Shown: positions 25,301-38,839 of the stretch, one piece after another
How positions within the stretch are numbered: the stretch's first letter is position 1
How the letters are laid out: every line of letters begins with the position of its first letter
Assembly (NCBI RefSeq): GCF_037042905.1
Contig: NC_087249.1
Coordinates: 9,426,001 to 9,490,000, forward strand
Direction: 5' to 3'
DNA length: 64,000 bases
DNA from: Lytechinus pictus
Taxonomy: Eukaryota
The notes under the pieces: generated by a model
Databases searched by the model: none
What the model saw: the letters and a program-made list of their open reading frames with translations, nothing else
Told to the model about the DNA's origin: nothing
Made by a program: the position numbers and the translations under genes

Positions 25301-28300
25301 TCTCCCCTGACTAATTCCTACTTACCTCCATCTGTCACAATTTCCTTGTCTTTTCAACCCCCTTTTAATATTTTTTTTCTTTCATGGGTTTTATTGCATA
25401 AAAACTTACTAATACAGTAATTTTGCCATTATGGTAAAGAGAAGTTAATAGTTCCCATGGTATTTTCTATAATGGTAAATTTACTATGCTGACAATACCC
25501 TCTTTTACCAGTAACTCTGAATTAATCCATATCCCATTGAACTTGGAGATTTATAACTGTATCAAACCCAAAGGGTGGCAGAGAATTCAGTAGTCAAAGG
25601 CTTAACCCTGTTTTCTATCTGTACACCTCCAACCCCCCCCCCCCTTCCCCTCTTCTCTCCTAAATTCCTTCTTCCATCAATCTGTCCATCTCACACTTTG
25701 GCATCTCCCACTCAATTCTCTCCTCCATTCTATCACACTTTCTCCTGTCATCCTTTTTTCTTGCTCCCTCTCTCCATCTTTCTCTCCCGCAAATACCCAC
25801 ACATACACATACGTTACATTCTCCTTCTATCTATCTGCCCCTCTTACACACTCTCTCTCTCTTTCCCTCCCCCTATATTTCTCACATTTCCCTCTACTTT
25901 AAAAAATAATTTGTTATCCACTGCATCTACACTTGCTTTCTGTTATAATACTTAAGTGCCAGTGCATGCCACTTTACCACGAGACATGCCTTTATCCTCT
26001 CTGCCCGCTTCCTTCAAGATGGAGCTCTCCCCGAGACATCTCGTCCGAATAATTGAAGGCGACGGCCGAGAGTTTAAATATTGAGGAAGATCACCCCCTC
26101 AGCTACGATCATATATAAAGAGCAATCCTTTATGGGCATCGTATTCACAATAAAGAAAACCCTTGGGCCTATATGTCATGCTTTCCAGTGTGGAGTTAAA
26201 CTTGTGAGTGGTTGGCTTGGGAATGTGTCAGCTGACACAACAAAAGCAGTGAGCTGACCAACCAAAATTATTTCCATATTTTTTTAAGATAGTCAATATA
26301 CTAAATAGTTGGGTTTCATAATTTTCATTGAACCTCTGTTTTCAATATGGGGCAACCTTTGAAATTACTTGCAGACAATCATATTAACATTTGAGAGTTA
26401 GTTTCATATAAAGCAATAGCTCTAATTGCATGACTCCGTAAACGAACTTCCTTATTTGTGGAGGAGTAAAAAAAGCTTATATTTACAATAAAAAGTGATA
26501 GAGTCTTATGATGAAAATATTAGTAATATCCTAGAAATCTATAGAGCATGGCTCAACTAAATATTATAAGTAGCAATACAACACAACAAATGAAAAATAG
26601 TGTAACTATACATTTGAAGGAAATATCCAATATTTTTATGTAACTAATGTAATTCTAAGTCTGTTTTATCCACACAATTATAACAAAATGAACTTTAACA
26701 AAACAACAAGACCACTATTAATGTTATTACATATAAATAAAAAAAATTAAGTGCCAAATAATTTTGGTTTAAAATAAATTGTTATCCTCTCTTATCAGAT
26801 AGGTATTTTTTCAAGCATTAATCAATGTACATGCCCATATTTGCATGTCTGTGTTGCAAATTTCATCATGCTCAGTTTTCCAATGTTTTAATTATTTCAC
26901 ATCATTTGGCTTGCTGAAATTGTATATGAACTTCATAGATCCAGATCTTAGATCTACATGATAATAACTCATTAATTCACCTTCGTTTGAAATACATGCT
27001 CTTAAAGCATTTGCTGCCTGAAACTCAGTTCAATTAAGTCCCTGGGCAATTATTGCAAATTAATGAATACAAATATATGTACAGGACTAAATTGAAATTT
27101 AAGAAGAATGTGTCTATGTACACATCTACTGATAATAAAACATGAAAATTGAAGAAATTGCAAAAGAGCTTTAAGTATCCAAAAGAAAAAACACACAAAA
27201 ATCTAATGTATCACACAAAATAATAAGTGGAATGGTGCTTTAACTGGATCTGTATGATATCCCCCACCACCATTTTCCTTTTTAGAGTTCAACACTTGAA
27301 GGACTATATTGAATTATAAACATATTTTCAACATGAAATTCATTAATTTCTAATAGATAAAAAGAGCTTAATCTTTATGTTTAGAATAATCTTATTTTAA
27401 GAACTTTACAAGCAACATCTTTTAAGCAGTAAGCTTCATTCTTAATCCATTTTTATTCTTTCTTTCTTTTATTTTCTTGTGATATTTTTAAATGTATTTT
27501 TATTCTTAAATTTATTTTTATTCGTGAAACCAACTCCTGGGGTAATCTTAGTGAAAATGTCTGAATTCCCTTTTTTTTAAATATGTAAACATGTGGAGTC
27601 TTCTTGAATATGCTGTTTGGGAAGGGGTCATAAGGAGGGGCAATATGCCAGGATAAAAATCTTTTGGGGCTACTTTTCATTTCACCAACTAAACTTTGTT
27701 TCATTGTTTATGGGGATTTCACCAACTCTTTTCGGCGGTGAATTCACCCTACACCCCATATAATAAATTAACTCGAGCATAAGAAACTGACAACTTTATA
27801 GGCCTTTGATATTTAAGTGCAATGTCAAAGTATTCAAGAGGTAGAAAGGAATTTAGAATATACCAGAAATCTAACAGGTCAAGTAGAACCTCAAACCTTT
27901 TGTGGAAAACTCACAAGGAGAAATGTAAATATAGCATGAAAGTTAGTTGCTGCACCGAGAAAGAGAGAGAGAGAGAGATAGATTACAACGGTTAATAACT
28001 CATAAAAATAGATAAATAATGAATAATGAACTATTTAAAAAATATATCAAAGGAGAACTCAAAGAAATGTTTAGATACATTAGCATTTAGTTGAGAGACA
28101 TTAATAAGAGAGAGGGAGAGATCACAAATTTTAATCTAAACAATGTCTCAAAGAAGAAAATGGAATCGTAAGAAAGCAATTCAACCACATCTTAAAATGG
28201 AATTGAAGGAGAATTACATGAAAAATAATTTGGTCAAATTGAACGAGAGAAAAATCACACAAAGAATGACACCACAAGACAGGGTGTAACTCTGCAGTGA

Positions 28301-28399
28301 AAAATAAAAAATTAATTGTGCAGCGGCAGAGTCAAAAGAGAGCAGAGAAGAAAATCTCGACTAAAGAAAAACCAACACTTCTAATTCAATCCAACTTAC

Positions 28400-28432
28400 C
28401 GTTTTCACCTCATGTTGAATAATAGGAGGAAT
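28400..28432 (-). CDS. SLC24A2: 33-nt in-frame microexon of NCKX cytosolic loop (IPPIIQHEVKT)
   Basis: Minus strand reads ...ttctgatcgttatatttttAG|ATTCCTCCTATTATTCAACATGAGGTGAAAACG|GTAAGT. Consensus acceptor and donor, no stop codon, phase 0/0 matching the flanking exons. Confidence 0.7.
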
Positions 28433-28537
28433 CTAAAAATATAACGATCAGAAAATGTGGAATCAGTTTAATTCTAAATCGTTATCATCCTTGCATAAAA
28501 GTTTTCGAACAGCAATGGGAGTGCCCAAAGGAATTTA

Positions 28538-28743
28538 CACAGTAAAAATCAGTGTTTATTTTTTTTCCAGTAGCTGTTTAAACAGTTTGAACAAGTATTT
28601 AAAATCTTAAATAACAAAGTTTGAATTAAATATTTAATTCTCAATAATATTAGGCATGGTTGATTAAACTTTCAAACAACTACTATAAGATTCCTATAAA
28701 TAAACAGGGTTGCATAAAATTTCAAAAAAGCGTTTTTACTGTG
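28538..28743. mobile_element. CACAG-ended MITE with GTTTAAAC-type subrepeats (related copy at about 16478-16680)
   Basis: ta|CACAGTAAAAA...TTTTTACTGTG|ta. Confidence 0.75.
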
Positions 28744-28985
28744 TAGCTATTTTATTACTAAGAATTAACTACATGTATATGGATTGAATCTGAAAACACT
28801 GCTCCAACTATATTTTACGTATGATTTTATGTCAATTATGGAAATACATTTAGTCCATGGATGTCATTGAAGCTTGGATAGGTAAAATTACTTGATCATA
28901 TCCTGTTTCTAGGTCACAACAAATGCATTGTTTGAGAAACTGGATAGATTCAATAGTGCATTTCCAAGAAAGCTCATCATTAACA

Positions 28986-29344
28986 CAGGGTTCCCAGCTT
29001 TTCAAGAAAACAAAATCCCAAATTTTTCCCTAATCGAGTTTAAAAATTCCCTGATAATTAGTTAAACCCATTCCCAGTTTCGCATATTTTTAAGTTTTTG
29101 CAGTGAATTACATGTATTTTCATTATAAAAACAATAACGTAAAACTAACCATTACCATTCATTCAATGGATGTTGCTTTGATATGCAACAAAATATAACA
29201 GAGTCTGACTGGCTACCGTGCTTTTGACTTTTGGGCATTTTCCCCTGATTTGAGGTATTTTTAAAATCAAATTCCCTGATTTTTCCCTGACCTGAAAAAA
29301 GTAAAATAATTTTCCCTGATTTCCCTGATGGGCTGGGAACCCTG
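28986..29344. mobile_element. hAT-like MITE with TTCCCTGA subterminal repeats
   Basis: 13-bp perfect TIR CAGGGTTCCCAGC / GCTGGGAACCCTG; target duplication degenerate. Confidence 0.8.
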
Positions 29345-29862
29345 TAATAATATATCTGTACAGCAAGAGGAAGTTGTTGTGGTTAAAACGTAAGCAATTT
29401 ATAACAGTGGTTTATTATTATCATTACTTTTGGAGATTTCATAAAACAGAAATAGCAGCATTCTTCTTTTGAGCATGGGTCTACATGTATATTATTCAGA
29501 TAAAAACCTCCAGGTATTCTTCATTTAATATTGGACTGATTTAAGCAAATGAAAATCAATCATTAACACAATTCCTTTAAAATATTCTTGAGAGACTATC
29601 TGAAGCAAAAACAAATTGTGTTTTGTGATTTTTATACGATACTGCAATATCAAAACCACATTGCATATTAGCTGGTTTATTTTTAGTAAGAGGTATTATG
29701 GAATACTTTTCTTATATCAAGAACAGTTGTATTGGTTTTGTGCTTGTGCGAGGACACGTGCAGCGGTTTAGTAAAGTTAAAATCGACTGGACAGGACATA
29801 ATTCCTAATCCATTGACTACTGGAACCAGGCCATTCCTCTATAATTTCTATATAAAGTCAAT

Positions 29863-30160
29863 GACCCGTATTCTGAAAACTGGTTTATCTTAATATTGTC
29901 GTCTAATGCTGTGCTATAATTACGGGAAGCTGAAGATGTCAACATTTTCAACACGTTTACTGCACTCTTTCACCAGGCTATAATGGCGAAGAAAACTAAT
30001 TTTGCTATAATTCCCAGTTAGTTATTTATAAATCAATTAATATATGATCTGTTAAATTGAATCTGTACTGTTAGAGATTTATGTCACAATTGGCTATCCA
30101 TAGTTAGACAACATCTTTAGACCAGAGTCTAAATTAAACCAGACCTTAGAATACAGGCCT
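29863..30160. mobile_element. MITE (partial relative at about 38988-39065)
   Basis: GACCCGTATTCTGAAAACTGGTTTA...TAAACCAGACCTTAGAATACAGGCC. Confidence 0.65.
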
Positions 30161-32351
30161 ATCATGTTGGAGATATACATGTATAGTTCGGTAGTGGAGA
30201 GGGTAAATCAAGCACCAAAGTAACAAACTGCTCCTTGAAATTATTTCGGTGCAACATTCAAGTGAGCAAAATAAAACAATTGACAAATAAATTCAGTCCC
30301 AACTCATGAGAATTCCTCTCTGACCTAAAATCTTCATCTTCATCTCCATCTTTTTCTTTCTTTCTGTTCATTGATCCATGTAGGGTAGTTGTGGGTAACA
30401 TACCTTTTTTGTTCACATCTTCTCCTTTTTTTTTGGTGGGGGGGGGCAAGCTAACCTCTTGGAGACTGAACTACATGTAGCTTCCATTATGAGCTACATG
30501 TAGGGTCTCTGGGCATTGTGTGTTATTAGCATACATGTAAGTAGTATCCAATAAAAGGAGCAGGATCACAAATGACCACATGATCCAGAATAGCAATACA
30601 AATTTTTAAAATCATCCTGTACTTTTTAGTATTTTCAGTAAATTTACAAAAATAGTAGATCTCTATGGGAAGAACACAGAAGCATTCCCTCTACATTTGT
30701 GTCTGACAACTTTCCTTGATTGCACCGTTGCTACGTTAATTAATATTTGGATAACACAGACTTTGTCGGATAATTAGTCCAACAAGTCCTTTCTTAAAAT
30801 GCTCCCCAGAGAAACTTTATTAATGGCCCTGAATAGAGTATTCTTTTAATAGGCTGTTCAAGTATTCATATTATATTATAATATTTCTTGTCAGTTTTTA
30901 TACAACATTTTGCATCTTTTTAATTTCACGAAAAATAAAACTATAAAAAAATAAAGAAATGAAACCATTTCTACACAAGGCTTAAATTTTTTGTAGTGTT
31001 GCCCTCATAAGCCAAAAATAAGAAAGTTGAGTCGATCGGTTTCCCTTATTTTTAAAATACCTTCACTGCTGCACTGTACAAAGAAAATAACACATGGGAT
31101 GAATAATCAAAATGCATACTAAAGTGTTTTTTTTAAAGAAGAGCAAATTCTTCACCCAAATCTGGCATTCTATATATGAAAACATTGCATGAATATTTTG
31201 GGTCTACTTTTAAAAAAAAGTGTTACTAATTATAGATTGATACAATGAACAGCTCCAACATGCGTTCTTTGGCTGTATACAGTACATCATGCATGTATCA
31301 ATTCTTCACCTGTATTTTAAAATGTTATATAAACGTATCTCTGCTGCCAAGTAAACTAATGAATAATAAAATGCTTCTGTCATTTTATTTATTGAAATTA
31401 ATCTACTGCTCTCCTAGTCTTCTCAATGAATGTAATTTTTAACTTGTTTACTTTATTAAAAGACCCTTTTTTATATAAAATGAAAAATGTCAGATGACAA
31501 AAAAGATCATTTATCTTTCAATTTTTCCCTTCCACTGGGAAGAAATTCCAAAATAATTATATAAAATATTAACATACATTGTAGACAATAAACATGACAA
31601 ACTAAATGATAATTGATCCTAAAGCTACTGTATAGTGGAAATTAAGGACAATTGGAAAAAAATAGTCTTCACAACCTTAAAGGTCATAGAAAAATTAAAA
31701 CGCAAATTCCCAACAACGTGGTATCAAAAGCAGATGCTGCCATGGCAACTAGCCATATATTGCAAACGATCTTGTGACATAATAAAGTCTTGGGTTTGCC
31801 CGATATAAAAGGCGTCGGTGACACCATGTCAACCGGGAAAACAAAATATAAAAATCATCCTATTGATAAAGAGAGGAAAAGTGAATGAAAAGAGGTAGAC
31901 GGGGCTCCCTTAGAGCCATTCTTACACCGGCTGAGACGACATATTGATGTTTAGACTGACAAGTCGATCCGTATAATGGCAATTTTTGAAATTGATATTT
32001 GGCTGGCGGACCTTGCCAAGGGATCTATACTTTTAAATTAAATTGGAAGCAGTTTGTGAATTTATCATCTTTCCTTTGATGTTTGGGCCTTATTTATTGA
32101 ATTGGGAGTCGGGAGGGAAGATAGGGGATAATCAGATAGAAATTGAAAAGTAATTGCATGTAAACTATAAGGTACACTAAAGGTTAACATGCTTTGAGAG
32201 CTGCTTTGTTTTGCAGTCTAAATTATTGAATCCCATTTTATTATAATTATTATGCACATTTTGCTAATTTTTACACCAAAAGTAAGAAGCTGCTGAAAAC
32301 TGCTTATCTAATAAAAGAGAGCCAATGGAGTAAATTAGAAAGTCAAAAGGG

Positions 32352-32390
32352 GCCTAAGCTTTCGATCCTAGCAGAATCTTTGTCGGAGGC
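32352..32390 (-). ncRNA. Decayed minimal type-I hammerhead ribozyme motif (Penelope-like element remnant)
   Basis: GCCT-CCGACAA-AGATTCTGCTAGGATC-GAAA-GCTTAGGC: stem II and GAAA intact, palindromic AAGCTT stem III, core differs from CTGANGA at two positions. Confidence 0.55.
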
Positions 32391-34212
32391 AAAAAAAAAA
32401 AAAAAAATTACATCCTTTGTTAAAAATCATTCACCGTTGCTATTTTTTAGGTAAATTTGTCATATAGTCATTAACATTTTTAATAGAATAGTATGATTCT
32501 AGGAAGTTCAAATTGTGTCGATTATCACAAAATTCATCCAAGTTTTCAAAGCAGTGGGTGTTAACTTTTGCACTGTGCTGTACATGAGTTGAATCAATTG
32601 TTATAAAGCCAATACAAGCCTATGTTTAAGTTCATATATCAACAGATCAGCTAATTAATAAAATTCAGTTCACTGTAGCGTAATAGTTTGTATGAAACAT
32701 GCAACTAGTAATAGTTTGTTTTATTTATGGATACTGTCACACATGTTGAATGGCATATAGAAATACAGCTCCATAGAGTAAAATTTTGGAGTTTTGATAT
32801 ACCCAGCAACAGTAGAAATATTGGAACTTTGCAAATGAAGAAAAAAAAATTATCTATTAATTTTACTCTGTTGGTAAATTGGTTGATTGAAGTGGTGGGT
32901 AATTGCATTCTAATTCAATTCCAGGATCAATGACATTTACACACATAAGTTATTAAATCAAACTTAGCAACACTCCTATCTAATCACTTGTTTTGCTCAC
33001 GAATTATGGTATTTAATTCCCTCAAAAGGGTTACACTTTTTCTCATATTAAGTTGCACTTCAAAGACGTACTGTAAAACTGAGACCAATTTTTAAAGGAA
33101 TACTGTATCATTTCAGGAAAAATTCAAATACACTGTATTTCTGGTCAGTGACAAGCCAATGTCATTAGATAAGATGAGGGGGCAATCATGAACATCACAC
33201 ACCCAGGAAAGCGCACGACAGGTTCCCCATTGCGTGCATCTATCCAACGAGCAGGCAAAACCAAGAACAAAGAAACACGATCCCTACGTCATCGTCGGGC
33301 AAACATTTTACCTAAATTGTAAGGCAACATCTCGTGGGTAAAACGAGCCTAAAATGACACAAAAAAAGGGTAATCAATACATCAAGCTGACTTTGTATTG
33401 CCTACATTATTCTTTTCTCACCTAAAGATGTCACGGTTGCTCAGAGCTGACTTGGTCTGAGAAAAGTTTTTGTTCTCTATTCAGCAAAATTAATCAAACA
33501 GTTATTGGGTAGATGTGATATTGAAGTAAAGAGTTTCTTCCCTCAATATATTTTTTGCAAGGGCGTGCTTCTATATCCGCTAATTGATTAGAAGAAAAGT
33601 TTAAAAATAAAAATATGACTACTGTATGCAAGTTCTATAATGTCACGACTGAGCTAAATAATTACACCAATAGTTTTTCAAACTACATGTATTCTATCAT
33701 TGCACTTGCTCGTACAGTAACTAACCCATACATGTGAAAATAAATAAATGATTAGATTCATCATTCAAAATTTAATAAATTATATCAGTACCACTGCCAG
33801 GATATTCACTCTGGTATACATGTCCAAATTGAAAATTTTCTTTGACCTCCAGAAAGTTTCATTCAGAGTTACAAAAATGTAATATTCTTCTGATATAGAC
33901 TCTAGCTTGATATTTATCTGATCTTTGGAATTAAGTCAAAAGAAACTCAAATACTTTGCTTTTCAAACTTTGAAAAATACCCCCAGTTCCAATAAATTGA
34001 TTTCTGGGTCAAGATTTTAATGAAGAGGTAAGATTTTTTTAAAGCTGGATAAACCCATGTAAAATCCAATCACTCGGATATAGTTTCTTATGTTGATGAA
34101 CTTAGGGTAAATAATTGTTGCCCTAGATTCCCAATATAATCTCTCAGGAATCTTTACTCAAGGATCACCTTGCCTGCATCTTCGCTTCCTCCTAAATGAA
34201 AATGAGAAATTG

Positions 34213-34225
34213 TGACCTTTGACCT
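34213..34225. promoter_or_regulatory. Perfect nuclear-receptor DR1 element
   Basis: TGACCTTTGACCT (AGGTCA-A-AGGTCA on the minus strand) in non-repeat sequence. Confidence 0.4.
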
Positions 34226-34884
34226 ACAAGCAAGGAGGATAAACCTTCCGCAAATCAATCCACTTTATAAGATTCTTTGAGATTATCATAATTATATGCC
34301 CCCTCATCAATGGCTCCTCTTTTATCTCCTTCCATCCGAGTCCATTCTAATGTCTTCTGAACAAGATCTGACAAGCATTACAACCTACCGCGATTCCATA
34401 CAACCCCACACGTCACTACTACCTATATTACATCTAGCCATATACAGCACAGGATGGTCTTCTACAATAATGACACCGTCCCCATGGCAACCCGTTTTCC
34501 ATTGCAGCCAGTCTCCCGCTACATCGTGTATGGATGCTACAATAAGCCAGGTAAAGGATAAATCCAATGCGAGGTTGCAATTACACTGACTGGTGAAAGA
34601 AACAATTGATTTTATCATACAAAGTGGTTGCCATTATAAACAAATAAAGTCCCATCATGCCCTAACCCAATGAGTTAGAATCCTTGCCCTCTCCTTTGCA
34701 AAATTTATTGTTCTATATTTTCATCAAGATGATATTTAGATGATGTGCAAGATTAGAATGCCATCTTTTGTGCCTTACATGTGTATGTTTCATTGATTTC
34801 GTAATGATATTTATGCATATAATTCACAACAATCCTATGCATTATTATATTCAATTTTGTGCACGTTTTATGTTCATGGGGATA

Positions 34885-35054
34885 CACTGTAAGAAATGAA
34901 GAGCTAATTTAGTACTTACAGTGCTTGTATAGTGACTGCACTACGAGTGCTGATTTTCTAGTTCAAATTTAAACTAGAAAATCAGCACTCGTAGTGCAGT
35001 CACTATACAAGCACTATAAGTGCTATTAAAATTAGCTCTTCATTTTTTACAGTG
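34885..35054. mobile_element. Near-perfect 170-bp palindromic MITE, CACTG termini, TA flanks
   Basis: About 80-bp arms around a short loop, including perfectly paired AGTGCTTGTATAGTGACTGCACTACGAGTGCTGATTTTCTAGTT. Confidence 0.93.
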
Positions 35055-38000
35055 TATGTAACTAATCATGAATGATAGCATTAATTATGTATACCTGGTA
35101 AAAAAGGGTTTTTGGTTGCCATAAGGACAAATTTCATTTAAAAGCACACAAATTTTTAGACCAATATCTTCCGTCTCTGCAATATAATTTTTTGGCTAAA
35201 CTATGTTGGCTACACTTAAATAAATCCCCAGAAAAGACGGCTATTCCTGTCAAACAAATTATGTGCTTTCTGAACTCATTATACTATATAGATTAATTAT
35301 GAAACAATGCATGTAGATTAAAACAAGATTGACTCTCAATTTATTTCAATTCAATTATCAATCTGATTTGAGATGCATAATTTTATTTAAAGGATTTAAA
35401 ATAATGTATGAGCAGGGTCTATCTGTAACACCAAGCACTTCCATTTTCTACTATTTTACATTTGATTTCAATCGGTATCTATTTTGTCATAGTTTTTCAA
35501 GGAGAGTCTGGAAATTAAAATCACACTTTGTATTTTGATTCAATAATAAATGCAGAAACTCCTGATAAAATGGGAAGAAAATGCTATTTCTAAATTACTG
35601 CACCTTTTCCTTTGTTCTTTTTGTCGAAAAATTAAATTGATTCTACAGGACAGTGGGTGGTAAATTACCCATAATCCTTTTCCAGATGTTGAGATATTTT
35701 ATCGAGTATCGGACTACAGGAGTGCATCTTGAATTCATATCAGTGTAAATTGTTACAATTATTGAATATGACAGCATAAAGAATGAAAAATGAATCTACA
35801 GGGACCGATGATGATAAAACAGAAGTGATAGGAAAATCCCAAATTCATATAAGGATGAAGTAGGCCAACTAGCTCCTTGTGGTTACAAAAGCAAACTTGT
35901 TAAATTAGTCTGCTGGCACAGACCCTCAATGGTTTCACAACTCGCATAGTGCATTTCATATATCATATTATTTATTTCATTTTCAACAAAATATAAATCA
36001 AATAAATACAATCATAACAAGTCAACATCATAAAAAAATATACCAAGGTCATAAAATCAACTTGAAAAAGACATGTTATAAGTAATAATCATGTGTAAAG
36101 GATTTGTGATTTATAATTTGTGAAAATGGAGGATCCCACTGAAAAGCAAAGCTTGTATATTTAGGGCTCCTCAAAATATGACAAGCGAGAAATAAATTTT
36201 ATATACAGTGTATACAAAGCATAATGCAGAGTCTGAAGTAGTGAGACTACATGTAGATTCACTATGTACTGTGGCTGGCTCTTACATGTATTAGACACAG
36301 ACAGAGCCTTTGCTGACTAGTCTTCATTCTAGACATGGAATAATTGGTTTGAAATATCAAATATGAGTCTGTGCATGCAGACTACTGTAAAATTACAGTT
36401 TCAAATGGTACAGGACTGGCAGACGCATCTGGAAATGCCTCTACACAAAATACTAGATGGGCAAAACATAAATTCATCTCTAGTGGTAAATGGTTATGAC
36501 CATTATTATATAGATCTATAAGCTTATAGGCCTATTTTTATAATAAATTGCTGTTGATGTTACATCATAGATTTTGAAAAGTTATATTTGTAATAGAATA
36601 TTAATTATTTTACATGATAGACTATTTTGCTTTAATCTGATTGAGGTATGTACATGTACATGTACTAAAGACATCCCAAAAAAATTATACAATATTGTGG
36701 ATCAGAGATGCATGTGTATATTGTAAGTGGAATATAGATATGACTTTTTCTGAGAATGGAAATACATAAGGACCATAAATTGACATGTGTATTTTTTTCT
36801 TCTGTTGAATGAAAACTAGACTGACAGCAGTTTAGGAATAAATGAAGGGGATCTGGATTTACTATCTTTCTTGTACATTTTTGTTGTTCATTTAAGAGTA
36901 AAGGAACCTTAAAAGCTTACAGAATGTTAAAAACTGTTCTAAAAAGTGTGCTTTTCTGAAAAGATCTACATTTATTTATTTTTCTTGGGTGGTGGATAAA
37001 TATCTACAATTAAACAAAAATATAAAAGACCTGCAGCCTTTTTTATCTAATACTTTAGAAAATACCTTGATTGACAATGGCTGCAAATAACATGGTACAC
37101 TGTAGGATTTTATCTTATATTTAAATGTAATATAATCTTTACAAAAATAAACACCATGGTCCTTTGCACACCATTTTGCAAACCAACAAGCATGGGGAAT
37201 TGATATTACTCAAATATCGCAAACATGTCAGGTTTCAAAGTGACTCATCTTATGAAAATAAACCACTTATTTTTTTTTCTACTTCAGACAGTTTGAAGTG
37301 CCTCTATCAATCATACACAGATTCCATAATACGAATACTTGTATCCTGATTAATCATTTTTTATGTACCATAATTAATCATTCTTTATGTACATGAATGT
37401 TTACCATACCTGCTTGCGTAATCCGCAGACCTTATATCTGGTGCCAGGCAAATACGTTGTAATGCATTGGCCATAAAAATTAAAGATATTTTTTGACAAG
37501 ACTAGGATATATATTCAGCATGAAATGGGGTATATTTAGCTAAAGTAAATAGATCACAGTTCAAACCTGTACAACATGTAGATCCTGCTCATGATATATG
37601 ATGGTCATAAAAACCATTAAAGATAAAAATGCCTCCTTTTTTCCCTTTTTTTTGAGCAAGGAGTTACAAGCAAATGACATGTATCTATTTTTTTTCATGT
37701 GATATTATATTGGACAGTGAAGAAATATTGCCATTTCTAATATCTCTGTGTAAAAAACCAACCTTGTGAAGCAATCGCAACTGGCGGCAGTGAAATAATA
37801 AAAAGCCTTCTATTTCATTAATTTGATTTCAAGCTCAGAGCTTTTTTTTCTTCTTTCATTTCTTCTGGTACTTATCAGCGAGAATACTACATCTAAAAGT
37901 ACAAAGCATCAATGAGAAAAGGGCTGATTAGAAATTTGAAGAGAATAATTATAGAAATTACATTATAAGAATCAAAGGTATTCAATTCCACAGGGCGACG

Positions 38001-38259
38001 AGTTGTTATATGTATGACCTGTAAGCGTTTTTATTTCAAAATGCTGAAACAAAGGAAGTCAGGGGCCCTCCTGCTAAACATCCAATCTGCAGGACATGCA
38101 TGCATGGGATAACTGTCCAAGAAGTAGAGATGATTTTACTGATGTAGGCCTATCCAGAAACCAAGATCTAACCAAGGTATCAATGTGCTGCTCTGTTCTC
38201 TTTTACTGCATTGGTCACTTCTTCTAGGCAGGGAGATCCCACCTGGATTTGTTATTTAA

Positions 38260-38839
38260 AGATAAATACCTGGTGGGTGTTTCATAAAGCTGTTCGTAAG
38301 TTAAGAGCGACTTTAAGAACGACTGGTGATCCTTTCTTGTGGTGAATGGTATACACCAAAATGTTCATTGACGATGATTTAGTGCATAAGGATCACCAGT
38401 CGTTCTTAAAGTTGCTCTTAACTTACGAACAGCTTTATGAAACGGGCACCAGTAGTGATAACGATCTCAAAATGAGTTCGAACAGAATCCTATGAAATTA
38501 CCACCAAAGTGTTTGTATGTATAAATAAAAAATATGTGCCAAATATCTCTGGAAGAAAATGTATAATTGCTGAGAAATGAGCAAAATAAGCACGGAATTC
38601 CATCAAATGTCAGGTATTTTTCGAAGCAATATTACTACATTGTCCCACATAGGCTTTTCTGTGTACATGTAGGTGATCATCAGAATTATCGATTTTGACC
38701 TAAGATTTCATAATTTTACAAAGATAAGTTTACATCAATGTACCAGAAACAGATGTATGATAATATTTTGACAATCAACCCTGATTTAAAAGACTTTCTC
38801 ATGAAATAAAAAATTTTTTGCAACTACTGGTTTCTACCT
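38260..38839. mobile_element. Kolobok-like non-autonomous element (TTAA flanks) with a MITE in its left TIR
   Basis: ttaa|AGATAAATACC[...]AGTAGT ... ACTACTGGTTTCTACCT|ttaa. Confidence 0.7.
38272..38450. mobile_element. Palindromic Harbinger-like MITE nested in the above
   Basis: About 60-bp TIRs GTTTCATAAAGCTGTTCGTAAGTTAAGAGC...GACTGGTGATCCTT. Confidence 0.9.

Noticed and set aside
25326..25331. 6-nt microexon candidate cAG|ATGGAG|GTAAGT
   Set aside because: Upstream sequence is purine-rich with no polypyrimidine tract.
37410..37437. 28-nt candidate exon with CAG|GTATGG donor
   Set aside because: Not frame-preserving, has an immediate stop and a weak acceptor.
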